Positions 29,852 through 40,316 of a DNA stretch of 64,000 nt are shown here, one piece after another. Position numbers and translations under genes: made by a program. The DNA is from a bacterium. Lineage in GTDB: Bacteria > Electryoneota > JAOADG01. The notes below the pieces were generated by a model. That model had not been told where the DNA came from, did not search any database, and saw nothing but the letters and a program-made list of their open reading frames with translations. The stretch is from assembly GCA_963681965.1 (NCBI GenBank), contig OY820579.1, forward strand, positions 1,536,001 to 1,600,000, written 5' to 3'. Numbering within the stretch: the stretch's first letter is position 1; each line of letters begins with the position of its first letter.

Positions 29852-31125
29852 TGGATACCCTGTTTCGTACACCATTCGCGAATTTCCGGAATCTCCGAAT
29901 AGCGATTCCAGATCTCTAAGGCAGCTCGTTTGTTCTCTTGCGAAAGAACCGGCTGTAAATGTGTCCGATACCAACGGAACATTGCAATACGATCGGTTGA
30001 ATTTAATGTTTTTCCGCTATCCAATAAACCATTCATTCCACCGAGATATAAACTCGTCATCATGAGTCCGGCATCGCTAGGTTTCGCATTGCGAAGTCGC
30101 CAGCTATCTAGACCACCGGTACGGAATTCATTGAGCCAAATGCCGAAATTGTGTTTCACTACCGACTCATTTTTATCTTGTGATGCTGTCAATCTGATTG
30201 CCAATCCAACGTGAAAACCATTGTCAATAAACGGTTTCAATTTCGGTGTTTCTTCCAGCGTTAGTGCTGCATAAACCGGGCGATTTGCCAATTTTGCCGA
30301 TTCGATCAAACGCACTATTAGAGTATCGCTTGAGAGTGCGACTGGGTTCCCTTTCCGATCGGATTTAATGAAATTTTGAATACATTCGGCTTGGATCTTG
30401 TCGACTTCGGATTTTGTGATGTAGTCGTGAACCCCTTCTTTGATGATTTCCAGAGGGTACCACGGAGCGTTCATCAACGATCGATTTACGATGATTACAT
30501 CCGGTCGATACTTGACGATTCGCGTGAGAATCCAAGCCGGATAAGTATCGTTGTCGCCATTCGTCAGCAAAATCGCATTGGAATCGAGACACGCTAGCAC
30601 ATTATAGTTTAAGTCCATGATGTCTTCGGGAATGGCGGCACGTTCAAGTAACTGACGAAGCATCGCATTGGTTCGTTCGCGGTCGTTATCAGCCATGTAA
30701 TCGACAACCAATGCGAAAACCGGATCCATATATGTCGGGTCGAGTTGAATCGCGCGTTCCAGCGCAGCTTTGGCTTCGATGTTGTCTGCTCCGCCGTGTG
30801 TCAGCATCGAGTTTAAGTACAACAGCGTTGGATTGGCGGGATATTTTTTAATACCGGTTGCCAACAATTTTGGGTAATCTTTGAGATCTGCATACCGTGC
30901 AGCCATCATCCAATTTCCATACGCATCCTCTGATGGGTAGGATTGATAATACTTGGACCAAAGCGCTGCGAGCTTTTCGTAGGTTTCTGTATCGTAGATT
31001 ACGATTTTCTTACTCACGACTGGTTGCGGACGATCGATTGATGCAGTGGATCGATTGCATCCTGCAAGAAGCAATATGCAGGAAATTGAAACGAAAATTG
31101 TGATGACAATAATTTGACGGATCAT
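29848..31125 (-). CDS. Lipoprotein with TPR-like helices and a DUF2723/TMEM260-like 'TNGDNDT' domain
   Basis: Lipobox LLAGC; ALERAIQLDPTY; AILLTNGDNDTYPAW...RPDVIIVNRSLMNAPWY. Confidence 0.7.
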   Translation of the reverse strand: MIRQIIVITIFVSISCILLLAGCNRSTASIDRPQPVVSKKIVIYDTETYEKLAALWSKYYQSYPSEDAYGNWMMAARYADLKDYPKLLATGIKKYPANPTLLYLNSMLTHGGADNIEAKAALERAIQLDPTYMDPVFALVVDYMADNDRERTNAMLRQLLERAAIPEDIMDLNYNVLACLDSNAILLTNGDNDTYPAWILTRIVKYRPDVIIVNRSLMNAPWYPLEIIKEGVHDYITKSEVDKIQAECIQNFIKSDRKGNPVALSSDTLIVRLIESAKLANRPVYAALTLEETPKLKPFIDNGFHVGLAIRLTASQDKNESVVKHNFGIWLNEFRTGGLDSWRLRNAKPSDAGLMMTSLYLGGMNGLLDSGKTLNSTDRIAMFRWYRTHLQPVLSQENKRAALEIWNRYSEIPEIREWCTKQGIH

Positions 31126-31366
31126 GATGAACTCCCGGAAGGAAACTTGGATTCAGCTTGAATTCATCGACGAGAAAGATGCGGGTCGTATTAATATAAT
31201 CCGTAAGCAGACAAAAGGTTCATTTATGATTGTTCGTGAGTCTATGTTATTGACAATGGATGAAATATTTATTGTAAGTATAAAAATACTATTCTATTAG
31301 GGTATTTCTCTTACTTGTTATCGATGATAAGACTGGTAATTCCCTAATTACTATCAGTATCGAGAA

Positions 31367-31423
31367 TTGACGCGAACTAATTTACTACGTATCATATATC
31401 GACGAAAAAACTGAAATGGTCGA
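31367..31423 (+). promoter_or_regulatory. Sigma-70-like promoter plus candidate TetR operator
   Basis: TTGACG(31367)-17 bp-TATCAT(31390); inverted repeat TCGAC-N15-GTCGA (31399-31423) between the promoter and the tetR start. Confidence 0.55.
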
Positions 31424-31432
31424 AGAATCGAG

Positions 31433-32110
31433 ATGAGAAACAAATTACCGGAACTAACTAGACAACGTGAACGCAAGATCCTTGATGCCGCACAACTGCG
31501 GTTTGCCGCCTATGGCGAACAGCATGCGACGATGGATGAGATTGCCGCCGATGTCGGAATGGGCAAAGCAACGTTGTATTACTATTTTCCGTGTAAAGAG
31601 CAACTATTTCGAGCGGTAATTGCCCGTGAACAAGAGCAATTCTTGTTGCAACTCCGAAAAATTGCCGCAAAGACAGATGAACCGTCAGATAAACTGCGCG
31701 AATATGTACAGCATCGAGTTCGGTACTTTCATCGCCTGGTTAATTTAAATGCGTTAAGTATCCAATCGATCCTTGAGATGAAACCGATCTATCGAGAACT
31801 ATTTCAACGATTTGCTGTTGAAGAACGAAAACTGATCGCAAAAATTATTACTGACGGCAATCAATCCGGGCATTTTGAGGTTGACAATCCCGATGAAGTC
31901 GCTACTGTATTGCTTCACGCTTTGCACGGACTTCGATGGCGAGCACTGCGGATCGCTTCACACAATCCCGTTCCTGCGGTCGATCCCCGGGAACTCTTAT
32001 GTGAAATGAGATTGCTGGTAGATTACCTGATTAAAGGATTTGCTAATGTCGAGCGAACACGAATCGAAACCGAACCATCGCGAAAACCAAACCGGAAAAC
32101 CCATGGATAA
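31433..32110 (+). CDS. TetR/AcrR family regulator
   Basis: ILDAA..RF...G...ATMDEIAADVGMGKATLYYYF..KEQL. Confidence 0.93.
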   Translation: MRNKLPELTRQRERKILDAAQLRFAAYGEQHATMDEIAADVGMGKATLYYYFPCKEQLFRAVIAREQEQFLLQLRKIAAKTDEPSDKLREYVQHRVRYFHRLVNLNALSIQSILEMKPIYRELFQRFAVEERKLIAKIITDGNQSGHFEVDNPDEVATVLLHALHGLRWRALRIASHNPVPAVDPRELLCEMRLLVDYLIKGFANVERTRIETEPSRKPNRKTHG

Positions 32111-33059
32111 TCCTGTCAATACTCCAAATCAAGGTAATAGCGATTTGGTCGAAACCACGCTCCCACGTAAGAAATTAGGATGGATCATCGCACTGATCGT
32201 TCTCATCGTTGCCGGTATTGTCGGTTGGATGATCTATCGCAATTCGCTCGGTTTTATCTCAACCGATAATGCATTTATCGATGCCAATCGCATGACCGTG
32301 AGTGCGAAAATTCTCGGTCGGATTGCAGAATTATCGATGAAAGAAGGGGATCCGGTTTCCTATGGACAAATTCTTGTCAAATTGGATGACAGCGATCTGA
32401 AAGCGCAACTGGAGCAAGCGAAGACTGCGATTGTTTTGGCATCGGAGAATATCAAGCTAGCCAAGGTTAGCGAGGCGCGTGCCGAAGAGGATTTATTGCG
32501 CTCGGAAAAATTGAGCAAGGACAACGCGATCACTCGCGAGCAACTCGATCATGCGAATAAAGAGTTGGAAGCAGCGCATGCCCGCAATGCAATCGCCATC
32601 GCGCAGGAGAATTCTGCCAAATCGCAATTGAACGTTGTGGAAACACAATTGAAAAATACTACTGTCGTATCGCAAATGTCGGGTATTGTCGCGAAACGAT
32701 GGTTGCTGCCCGGCGATGTAGTGCAACCCGGTCAAGCGATTTATTCACTCTACGATCTGGAAAATGTCTGGGTTACGGCGAATTTCGAAGAAACGAAATT
32801 GCATTCGATCAAGTTGGACGTAACTGCTGAGATGATGTTAGACGCCTTTCCCGGGATTGTCTGGCACGGAAAAGTATATCAATTGGGATCGAATACTGCA
32901 TCGCAGTTTTCCCTCATTCCGCCAAACAACGCTTCCGGTAATTTTACTAAAGTGACACAACGAGTGCCGGTAAAGATATCGATCGAGCATGAAAACAATA
33001 GTACTGATCGCAGATTATTACCCGGAATGTCGGTCGAAGTGAAATTGAAGGTCGGATAA
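32103..33059 (+). CDS. emrA: EmrA-like membrane fusion protein
   Basis: STDNAFI, WVTANFEET, FSLIPPNNASGNFTKVTQRVPV, PGMS. Confidence 0.88.
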   Translation: MDNPVNTPNQGNSDLVETTLPRKKLGWIIALIVLIVAGIVGWMIYRNSLGFISTDNAFIDANRMTVSAKILGRIAELSMKEGDPVSYGQILVKLDDSDLKAQLEQAKTAIVLASENIKLAKVSEARAEEDLLRSEKLSKDNAITREQLDHANKELEAAHARNAIAIAQENSAKSQLNVVETQLKNTTVVSQMSGIVAKRWLLPGDVVQPGQAIYSLYDLENVWVTANFEETKLHSIKLDVTAEMMLDAFPGIVWHGKVYQLGSNTASQFSLIPPNNASGNFTKVTQRVPVKISIEHENNSTDRRLLPGMSVEVKLKVG

Positions 33060-33062
33060 GCA

Positions 33063-34682
33063 ATGCCGATTTCACCGCATCACGCCCTGAAACGGCATAT
33101 GCACGGTCGATTTGAATCGTTGCATCACGAGCACTCCAACTATAAATGGTGGGTGCTTTTCAATGTGATGATCGGGACCTTTATGGCGGTGCTCGATGCT
33201 ACGATTGTCAATGTGGCATTGCCAAAAATCATGGCGACATTCGGCGTTTCCGTCGATAAAGTTGAATGGGTAGTAACTGCCTATATGCTGGTGTTCGCTG
33301 TGATGCTTCCGACTTCGGGTTGGATTGCCGATCATTACGGATACAAGCGAACCTATTTTGGTGCGCTATTTTTATTCACTTTCGGATCGTTTCTGTGCGG
33401 TATGGCATGGAACGAAGATGCACTAATTGTTTTTCGAATCGTCCAGGGTGCCGGTGCCGGTCTTCTTATGCCGGTCGGAATGGCAATTGTTACCCGTATC
33501 TTTCCAGTCGAGGAACGGGGGATGGCACTCGGTTTCTGGTCAATATCGGCGGCTGCATCAGTCTCATTGGGACCACTCGTGGGTGGATATCTGGTCGATA
33601 ACTTCAATTGGAGTTCGATCTTCGATGTCAATATCCCTGTCGGGATGTTCGGAATGTTGGCAACACTGATTATTCAACGAGAATTCAAAACATCGATCAC
33701 GAGACGCTTCGACTTTGTTGGATTTACGTCGATGGCTGTGTTTCTTAGTTTCCTGTTGATTGCGCTTTCGGACGGCAATGCTGCCTGGAATACCGGTGGC
33801 TGGACTTCACCCTTTATTCTAACCTGTTTCAGTATTTCATTTGTCAGTTTTGTCATATTTATTACAACTGAACTGACCATCTTACATCCGTTAATCGAGT
33901 TGAATCTACTGAAGAACTTTAATTACTCTGTTACGAATGGCATTTTATTCGTCTTCGGGCTGGGCATGTTCGGCAGCACTTTTTTGATGCCGCTCTATTT
34001 GCAGAATTCGCTCGGTTACACTGCACTACAAGCAGGAGCAGTGTTTCTTCCTGTCGGTATTGCGCAAACACTTGTCTCGCCGATTGCAGGAATCGTTTCC
34101 GACCGTTATTCCCCGAAAATACCTTCGGCGATCGGAATCGTGCTGCTCGCGTATAGTCTCTGGCTCAGTAGTCAGTTGTCTTTATACACGGAATCGGGTT
34201 TCATTCTGTATATGATGGTGTTGCGCGGTTTTGCGATGGGATTGCTCTTTACGCCGCTTAGTGCGTTAGCATTGACAGGAATTCCACGACAGAAAATGGC
34301 ACAGGCGTCTGGATTGTTCAATGTAATAAGGCAGCTCGGTGGAAGCTTCGGAGTTGCGATTATGGGAGCGATGCTGACACAGAGGATGAATTTTCACCTC
34401 ACTACCTATGGACAAGCAGTCGATCAACAATCGCCGGTATTCATTCAAATCTCCTCACGATTGCAATTATTTGCTAAAACAGCTTTGGGAAGTAATACGA
34501 CCGATGCCGTTTCTCGGGCAAAAGCAATGATGATGAGTCATTTGTCGGCGCAATCGTTTGTCGATGCTATCAATGACGATTTCCTCATCGCTGCTGCAAT
34601 AACTATTGTTGGCTTATTTCCAATATTCATTCTCCGGAGTGTCGCGAAAAATCGGAGCATTAAACCGAAGAAAGTTAACTAG
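33063..34682 (+). CDS. emrB: DHA2 MFS efflux permease (EmrB/QacA-like)
   Basis: FMAVLDATIVNVALP, WVVTAY, FRIVQGAGAG, LGPLVGG, NIPVG, RQLGGSFG. Confidence 0.9.
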   Translation: MPISPHHALKRHMHGRFESLHHEHSNYKWWVLFNVMIGTFMAVLDATIVNVALPKIMATFGVSVDKVEWVVTAYMLVFAVMLPTSGWIADHYGYKRTYFGALFLFTFGSFLCGMAWNEDALIVFRIVQGAGAGLLMPVGMAIVTRIFPVEERGMALGFWSISAAASVSLGPLVGGYLVDNFNWSSIFDVNIPVGMFGMLATLIIQREFKTSITRRFDFVGFTSMAVFLSFLLIALSDGNAAWNTGGWTSPFILTCFSISFVSFVIFITTELTILHPLIELNLLKNFNYSVTNGILFVFGLGMFGSTFLMPLYLQNSLGYTALQAGAVFLPVGIAQTLVSPIAGIVSDRYSPKIPSAIGIVLLAYSLWLSSQLSLYTESGFILYMMVLRGFAMGLLFTPLSALALTGIPRQKMAQASGLFNVIRQLGGSFGVAIMGAMLTQRMNFHLTTYGQAVDQQSPVFIQISSRLQLFAKTALGSNTTDAVSRAKAMMMSHLSAQSFVDAINDDFLIAAAITIVGLFPIFILRSVAKNRSIKPKKVN

Positions 34683-34719
34683 TTTCTTATAATCGATCGA
34701 TTAAGTATCGGGTGCAAGT

Positions 34720-36039
34720 ATGAAGATCATTAGGGTTTGGTTATTCTTTACAATATTGATGTGTTCTAGCGTATTAGCCGAACCTCGCCAGACGGATTCG
34801 TTGACTTTATCCGAAGCTTTGCGTATTGCGGTAGCCAACTATCCGACTGTCGAACAATCGTTCGAGAATTGGCAGTCCGCGCGTTCCCGCGCCGACCAAA
34901 GTAGCACTAGTCTGCAACCGGTTATCGATCTGGAGGCTGGTTATACTTGGTTGAATCCGATCTCAGCAATCGAGATTCCACATTCTCCGCCAATGAAGGT
35001 CTATCCGGAGGACAACTATGACATTCATTTGGTCGGTCGATATTTAATCACCGATTTTGGTAAAACGACTTCAGCCATCGAATGGAATCGCAAGCGCGCA
35101 GCCACTTCCAAATTCAATATCGATATTGCCAAAGCCAACATCGCCTTTTGGACCGCGCAATCGTATTTATCGATAATTTTCTACCGGAACTCTATTGCGA
35201 CTCAGACACAATTAATCGAAAACCTTGAGCAACATTTATCACTCACTGAAAAACTGATTGCGGGAGGTGTGGCAATCGATCTCGATCGCCTTTCGACATC
35301 GGTACGAATCGATCTAGCAAAGAACCAGCGATCCGATCTGGAGAATAACATGCGAAAGCAGGAAATCCAGTTGAATCGCTTATTGATGAATGTTCAGGAT
35401 TCGTATGTCAATCTTGTCAATTCGTTTCAAGCAGTCGATACGCTACCGGACGAAGCGCAAGCTGTCGCGATGGCATTGCGATTACGACCGGAACTGATTG
35501 CTGCCCGTGAAGAAGAAGCGAATACTTTGCTTCAAATTCGATCGATTTCCTTGGGAAATAATCCGAGTGTTGGTGCGTATGCTCAATGGGGCATGAAGAA
35601 TGGTATGGAACCGAATATCTATGCGATCCGCGGAAATTCAATTGTAGGATTGAAATTTCAACTTCCAGTGTTCAATGCTGGAATTGTGAATCACAAAATA
35701 GCCGAAGCGAAAGCGATACAAAGAAGCGCATCGGCAAGAACGCGAGAGCTAGAGCGTCAGATTGCTGCGGAAGTGCGTCAATCGATCTCCGATCTCAAAG
35801 CAGCAATTGTGAAACTTCAAACAGTAGATCGTCAAATCAGATTGTCGCAATCCGAAGTTGAAACTGCTACAGCACGATATCGCGCTGGAACAATTCGAAA
35901 TCTCGATCTGCTGGATGCTGAAACGACTTTTGCCCAAGTCAAATTGTTAAAAACTCAAGCTGAGTTTGCTTATACCATGACCCAGTACGCGCTAGCCAAA
36001 GCAGTTGGTACCGAGTATTGGAACAATCAATCCAAATAG
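34720..36039 (+). CDS. TolC-family outer membrane efflux protein
   Basis: Signal peptide; LTLSEALRIA.ANYP; LPVFNAG; RY.AG....LDLLDA. Confidence 0.88.
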   Translation: MKIIRVWLFFTILMCSSVLAEPRQTDSLTLSEALRIAVANYPTVEQSFENWQSARSRADQSSTSLQPVIDLEAGYTWLNPISAIEIPHSPPMKVYPEDNYDIHLVGRYLITDFGKTTSAIEWNRKRAATSKFNIDIAKANIAFWTAQSYLSIIFYRNSIATQTQLIENLEQHLSLTEKLIAGGVAIDLDRLSTSVRIDLAKNQRSDLENNMRKQEIQLNRLLMNVQDSYVNLVNSFQAVDTLPDEAQAVAMALRLRPELIAAREEEANTLLQIRSISLGNNPSVGAYAQWGMKNGMEPNIYAIRGNSIVGLKFQLPVFNAGIVNHKIAEAKAIQRSASARTRELERQIAAEVRQSISDLKAAIVKLQTVDRQIRLSQSEVETATARYRAGTIRNLDLLDAETTFAQVKLLKTQAEFAYTMTQYALAKAVGTEYWNNQSK

Positions 36040-36072
36040 CGTTTGCGATCATTTTCGGTCGATCGAGGACTC

Positions 36073-37125
36073 ATGAAAAGCAAAATGAAATACGTCTGGT
36101 TGTTAATAGTGCTGATCATATTAGGTTCGGTGATTTTTTGGCGAATTAAATCGCGAACCGATCCAGTCGATGCGAAGCGACAAAACTCAGTACAAGTAAA
36201 AGCAGATTTGCCAAAGTCTGACACCATTGTCTATACGCTGAATTATACCGGCGATGTTGCATCGATGCAACAGGCGAACATTTATGCGAAAGTCACCGGT
36301 AACATCGAAAAGATATTTGTAAATATCGGTGAATCGGTCAAAGAGGGACAACTGTTGGCGCTGATCGATACGACCGAACTATCGCAATCTTATATGCAAT
36401 CGCTGGCAACTTTCGAAAATGCGCGGTTGACTTACAACCGGGTTAGCGGTCTCTTCGATCAGAAATTAGCTTCGAAACAGGATTTCGATAACAGTAAAAC
36501 TGCATTCGATATCGCGAAAGCAAATTTTGAATCGACGAAGTTACGGCTCAGTTATGCTTGGATTTGTGCGCCGTTTTCGGGAGTGATCACAAAACGGTAT
36601 TTCGATCAAGGTGCGATGGTGACTTCGACAAACACGATCCTATTCAATTTGATGGATGCAAATTCGATGAAGTTGACAATCGAATTGTTGGAGAAAGATA
36701 TCGCGCTGGTAAAAAGTGGAATGCCCGTCACAATATCGGTCGACGCATTTCCGGGTAAAAAGTATTCCGGTATTGTGAGCCGGTTCAGCGAGGCGATTGA
36801 TCCTGCAACCCGAACGATGGATACCGAAATTAGAGTTCCCAATGTTGGAAGAGAGTTGAAACCGGGCATGTTCGCTCGTGCCGCGATTGTCGTCGATCGT
36901 CATGAGAATGCCTTAACTATCCCGACACAGGCGATTGCGAAAAATGAATCGGGAGCGACAATCTTTACAGTATCGAATGGCATCGCGAAACGAGTTAAGA
37001 TTGAAGTCGGAAAAGAGCAAGGCACAATTTCCGAAGTGACCAAAGGAATCGATGCTGAGGATAGTGTCATTACCGTTGGGATGCAATCCGTCCGGGATGG
37101 TGGTAAGGTTAACGTTCAGAAATAG
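36073..37125 (+). CDS. RND periplasmic adaptor subunit
   Basis: AKVTGNIEKIFVNIGESVKEGQLLA, APFSGVI, IDPATRT, LKPGMF. Confidence 0.9.
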   Translation: MKSKMKYVWLLIVLIILGSVIFWRIKSRTDPVDAKRQNSVQVKADLPKSDTIVYTLNYTGDVASMQQANIYAKVTGNIEKIFVNIGESVKEGQLLALIDTTELSQSYMQSLATFENARLTYNRVSGLFDQKLASKQDFDNSKTAFDIAKANFESTKLRLSYAWICAPFSGVITKRYFDQGAMVTSTNTILFNLMDANSMKLTIELLEKDIALVKSGMPVTISVDAFPGKKYSGIVSRFSEAIDPATRTMDTEIRVPNVGRELKPGMFARAAIVVDRHENALTIPTQAIAKNESGATIFTVSNGIAKRVKIEVGKEQGTISEVTKGIDAEDSVITVGMQSVRDGGKVNVQK

Positions 37126-37139
37126 AAAGCAGTCGCATT

Positions 37140-40100
37140 ATGTGGCTTACTAGATTAGCGCTTCGTTATCCGATTTCAACCTTTTTGTTCGCTGTGACGC
37201 TTGTCGTACTGGGACTCGTCTCGTTCGGACAGTTACAAGTCGATTTGTTACCGGATATCTCGATTCCAGTTGTTAGTACGGTGACTTATTATTCCGGTGC
37301 CGGTCCATTGGATATGGAGCAATCGGTAACGGTGATTACCGAACGAGCCGTGAGTTCGGTGAATGACGTCGATTATATCCAATCTACCACCCGGGAAGGG
37401 GTTTCGCGGGTTCGCATCAATTTCAACTGGGATGCCAATGTCGATGTCGGGGTTGTCGACATTGTGCAACGCGTAAACCGAATTATCAATCAACTTCCAA
37501 CCGGTGTATCGCAACCCACCGTTCAACGCTTCGATATCACTTCGCAACCGGTCTGTACGATTGCACTATCCGGCGAAATGGATGAGCGAGATTTGTATGA
37601 TCTTGCCTACAATATCATCGAACCGCAAATCGAACATTTATCAGGTGTGGCATCAGCCAACGTTTCCGGTGGTCGAATTCGCGAAATTCATATTGTACTG
37701 GATCGAAATCGACTTCAAGCGTTACAAATACCCGTTCAATCGGTGTTAAATGCAATCGCAAATTCGAATTTAATTATCCCATCTGGCGACTTGAAGGTTG
37801 GAAAATACGACTATTCATTGAAAACCGAGAGTCGTTTCAATATGGTCAAACCGATTGAATCGATCGTCGTTAAGAATATGAATAGTGTTCCAATTCGGTT
37901 AAGCGATGTCGCTAAAGTCGAAGACAGTTATATTGAGCAGACGCAATTGATTCGGGTCGATGGAAAACCCGGGATCATGTTCGAAGTACAAAAACTTTCC
38001 AAAGCGAATACGATCGATGTCGTCGACCGTGTCATGCGTGCAATTCCCAAATTGAATGGCATCCCGCCGACAGTTCGGATGTCGATCACCTTCGATCAAT
38101 CGGTATACATTCGCCAGACGATGACCGGTCTTCAGCACGAAGCCTTGATCGGTGCGCTACTGGCAATGGCAATCATCTTCTTTTTCTTGCGCAATATCAA
38201 GGGAACTACAATTATTCTGGTAGCAATTCCGCTATCGATCTTGTTTACCTTCATCTTTTTCCGGTTTGCCGGCATTACATTGAATATCATGACTTTTGGC
38301 GGATTGGCACTCGCGATCGGGCGGTTGGTTGACGATTCGATTGTCGAGCTGGAAGCAATATCGCGCCACTACAATACCCGGCAAAAGGGGCAATCGAAGC
38401 TTCAAGCCACACTCGATGCTGCGAAAGAAGTGGCAGCGCCGATTTTTATCTCGACACTTAGTACGATTATTGTTTTCCTACCGATTATTTTCTTAACCGG
38501 TATCGCCAAATTGTTGTTTATCCCATTAACGATAACCATCGCTATCGCCTTGATGGGATCATTCCTAGTCTCGCGAACCGTTACACCGTTACTCTGTTTG
38601 AAATTTCTCCCACCCGAGAAACATCTCAACCGTGAATCGAAGCAGTTCTGGGATCGCATGCAAGTATGGTCATTCGAATTGATCGAAACACTCGATCGCA
38701 TCTATGAAAACCGTTTGCGATGGGCTTTGGCGAATCGAAAATTGATGGTGTTTTCAATTGTACTACTAGGGATTATATCTGCTTGCCTATTTAATTTCAT
38801 CGGGTCGGAATTCTTCCCCGATCAGGATGAAAGTCAATTTACCGTCAATGTGAAATTGCCAGTTGGTACGCGCGTGGACGAAACGGACAAGTTCATGCGC
38901 ATCGTCGAAAAAATTGTTCGCGATAATGTACCGGAATTGAATACGATTATTACAAATATCGGAGTGGCATCGTCGCGTGGCGGTGGGGGAGGTGGTCGTG
39001 GTAATTCGGGGTCGCATGCCGGAAATGTCCAAGTATCTTTGAAACCAGTGAAGGATCGCGATCGATCGGTATTTGAAATCGTGAAAGCGCTCCGACCGAA
39101 ACTGAATCGCGTTGCCGGTGCATCGATCATGGTCAATACCGGTGGTATGATGAAATTCCTGATGAATTTTGGATCATCGGCACCGATCGACGTGGAAATT
39201 CGCGGTTACGATCTCGAAACTGGAACTAAACTAGCTAAAAAAATCCTGGGGATTGTCAATGAAACTCGCGGTGCAACCGACGCCCAAATAACTCGCGAAG
39301 ATAATTTACCGGAATTGCGGGTAAAAATCGATCGCGAAAAGGCAGGTGTACTCGGGGTAAACGTTGCCCAAATTGCAAATACGATCAATACTTGCATCAA
39401 CGGTTCGGTTGCTTCGTTATACACCGATCCGGTATCGGGAAATCAGTATAATATTCTGGTACGGTTGAGTGAAGATTATCGCAATGAACTTGACGATCTT
39501 GGCAACATCGTGCTAGCTAATAGCGACGGTCAATCGATATTATTGCGCAATATCGCAACGATTGAACGAACGAATTCGCCGGTTCAGATCGATCGAAAAT
39601 ATCAGCAACGATTGGTCGAAGTCACAGCCAATGTTTCCGGACGTGATTTAGGAAGTGTCGCGAAGGATATCAAAGCGCGGTTGGATAGTCTGGTCGTACC
39701 ACCCGGATTTGAACTCAAGTTGAGTGGCAATGTCGAGAAGCAGAAGCAAACCTTTTCGGATCTACTGTTAGCATTTGGTCTAGCTATTTTATTGGTGTAT
39801 GTGGTGATGTCTTCGCAATTCCAATCGTTGCTAGACCCCTTCATCATTATGTTTACCGTACCATTAGGTTTAATTGGGGTACTGTGGACGCTTTTCCTCA
39901 CGAATACGACACTTTCAGTTACATCCTTTCAGGGGATTATCGTGATGGTAGGTATTGTCGTCAGTAATGGAATTTTGTTAGTCGATTTTACTAATCATAT
40001 CCGACGTACCGGCGTACCGCTTGTCGATGCAGTGGTCAAAGCAGGTGTAACCCGGCTCAAGCCGATTATCATGACTTCGCTTGTTACCGTTCTCGGACTA

Positions 40101-40277
40101 TTACCCATGGCACTGAGTATCGGCGGTGAATCAACTCAGGCACCGCTTGCACTAGCTGTGATTGGTGGATTATCTGTTTCGACCTTACTTACCCTATTCT
40201 TCGTACCAGTGATGTATACGATCTTTGAAGAACGGGTAAAGAGTAAAAAAGTAGTTGAAGAACAGGATGAAGACTGA
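37140..40277 (+). CDS. RND efflux permease (AcrB/CusA superfamily)
   Basis: 1045 aa; AIPLS, LNIMTFGGLALAIGRLVDDSIV, GIVVSNGILLVD, RLKPIIMT, PLALAVIGGL. Confidence 0.95.
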   Translation: MWLTRLALRYPISTFLFAVTLVVLGLVSFGQLQVDLLPDISIPVVSTVTYYSGAGPLDMEQSVTVITERAVSSVNDVDYIQSTTREGVSRVRINFNWDANVDVGVVDIVQRVNRIINQLPTGVSQPTVQRFDITSQPVCTIALSGEMDERDLYDLAYNIIEPQIEHLSGVASANVSGGRIREIHIVLDRNRLQALQIPVQSVLNAIANSNLIIPSGDLKVGKYDYSLKTESRFNMVKPIESIVVKNMNSVPIRLSDVAKVEDSYIEQTQLIRVDGKPGIMFEVQKLSKANTIDVVDRVMRAIPKLNGIPPTVRMSITFDQSVYIRQTMTGLQHEALIGALLAMAIIFFFLRNIKGTTIILVAIPLSILFTFIFFRFAGITLNIMTFGGLALAIGRLVDDSIVELEAISRHYNTRQKGQSKLQATLDAAKEVAAPIFISTLSTIIVFLPIIFLTGIAKLLFIPLTITIAIALMGSFLVSRTVTPLLCLKFLPPEKHLNRESKQFWDRMQVWSFELIETLDRIYENRLRWALANRKLMVFSIVLLGIISACLFNFIGSEFFPDQDESQFTVNVKLPVGTRVDETDKFMRIVEKIVRDNVPELNTIITNIGVASSRGGGGGGRGNSGSHAGNVQVSLKPVKDRDRSVFEIVKALRPKLNRVAGASIMVNTGGMMKFLMNFGSSAPIDVEIRGYDLETGTKLAKKILGIVNETRGATDAQITREDNLPELRVKIDREKAGVLGVNVAQIANTINTCINGSVASLYTDPVSGNQYNILVRLSEDYRNELDDLGNIVLANSDGQSILLRNIATIERTNSPVQIDRKYQQRLVEVTANVSGRDLGSVAKDIKARLDSLVVPPGFELKLSGNVEKQKQTFSDLLLAFGLAILLVYVVMSSQFQSLLDPFIIMFTVPLGLIGVLWTLFLTNTTLSVTSFQGIIVMVGIVVSNGILLVDFTNHIRRTGVPLVDAVVKAGVTRLKPIIMTSLVTVLGLLPMALSIGGESTQAPLALAVIGGLSVSTLLTLFFVPVMYTIFEERVKSKKVVEEQDED

Positions 40278-40316
40278 GAAGTATTTATTCAAGTTAATTG
40301 ATAGTAGGCGATTACT

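Noticed and set aside
29852-29974. Extended N-terminus of the ECF sigma ORF
   Set aside because: It overlaps the upstream lipoprotein gene by more than 120 nt. A coupled TTG start at 29851 is more plausible.
31190-31230. ECF autoregulatory promoter (TGAACC...) upstream of the lipoprotein-sigma operon
   Set aside because: A -35-like GAACC is present, but there is no convincing -10 element at the expected spacing.
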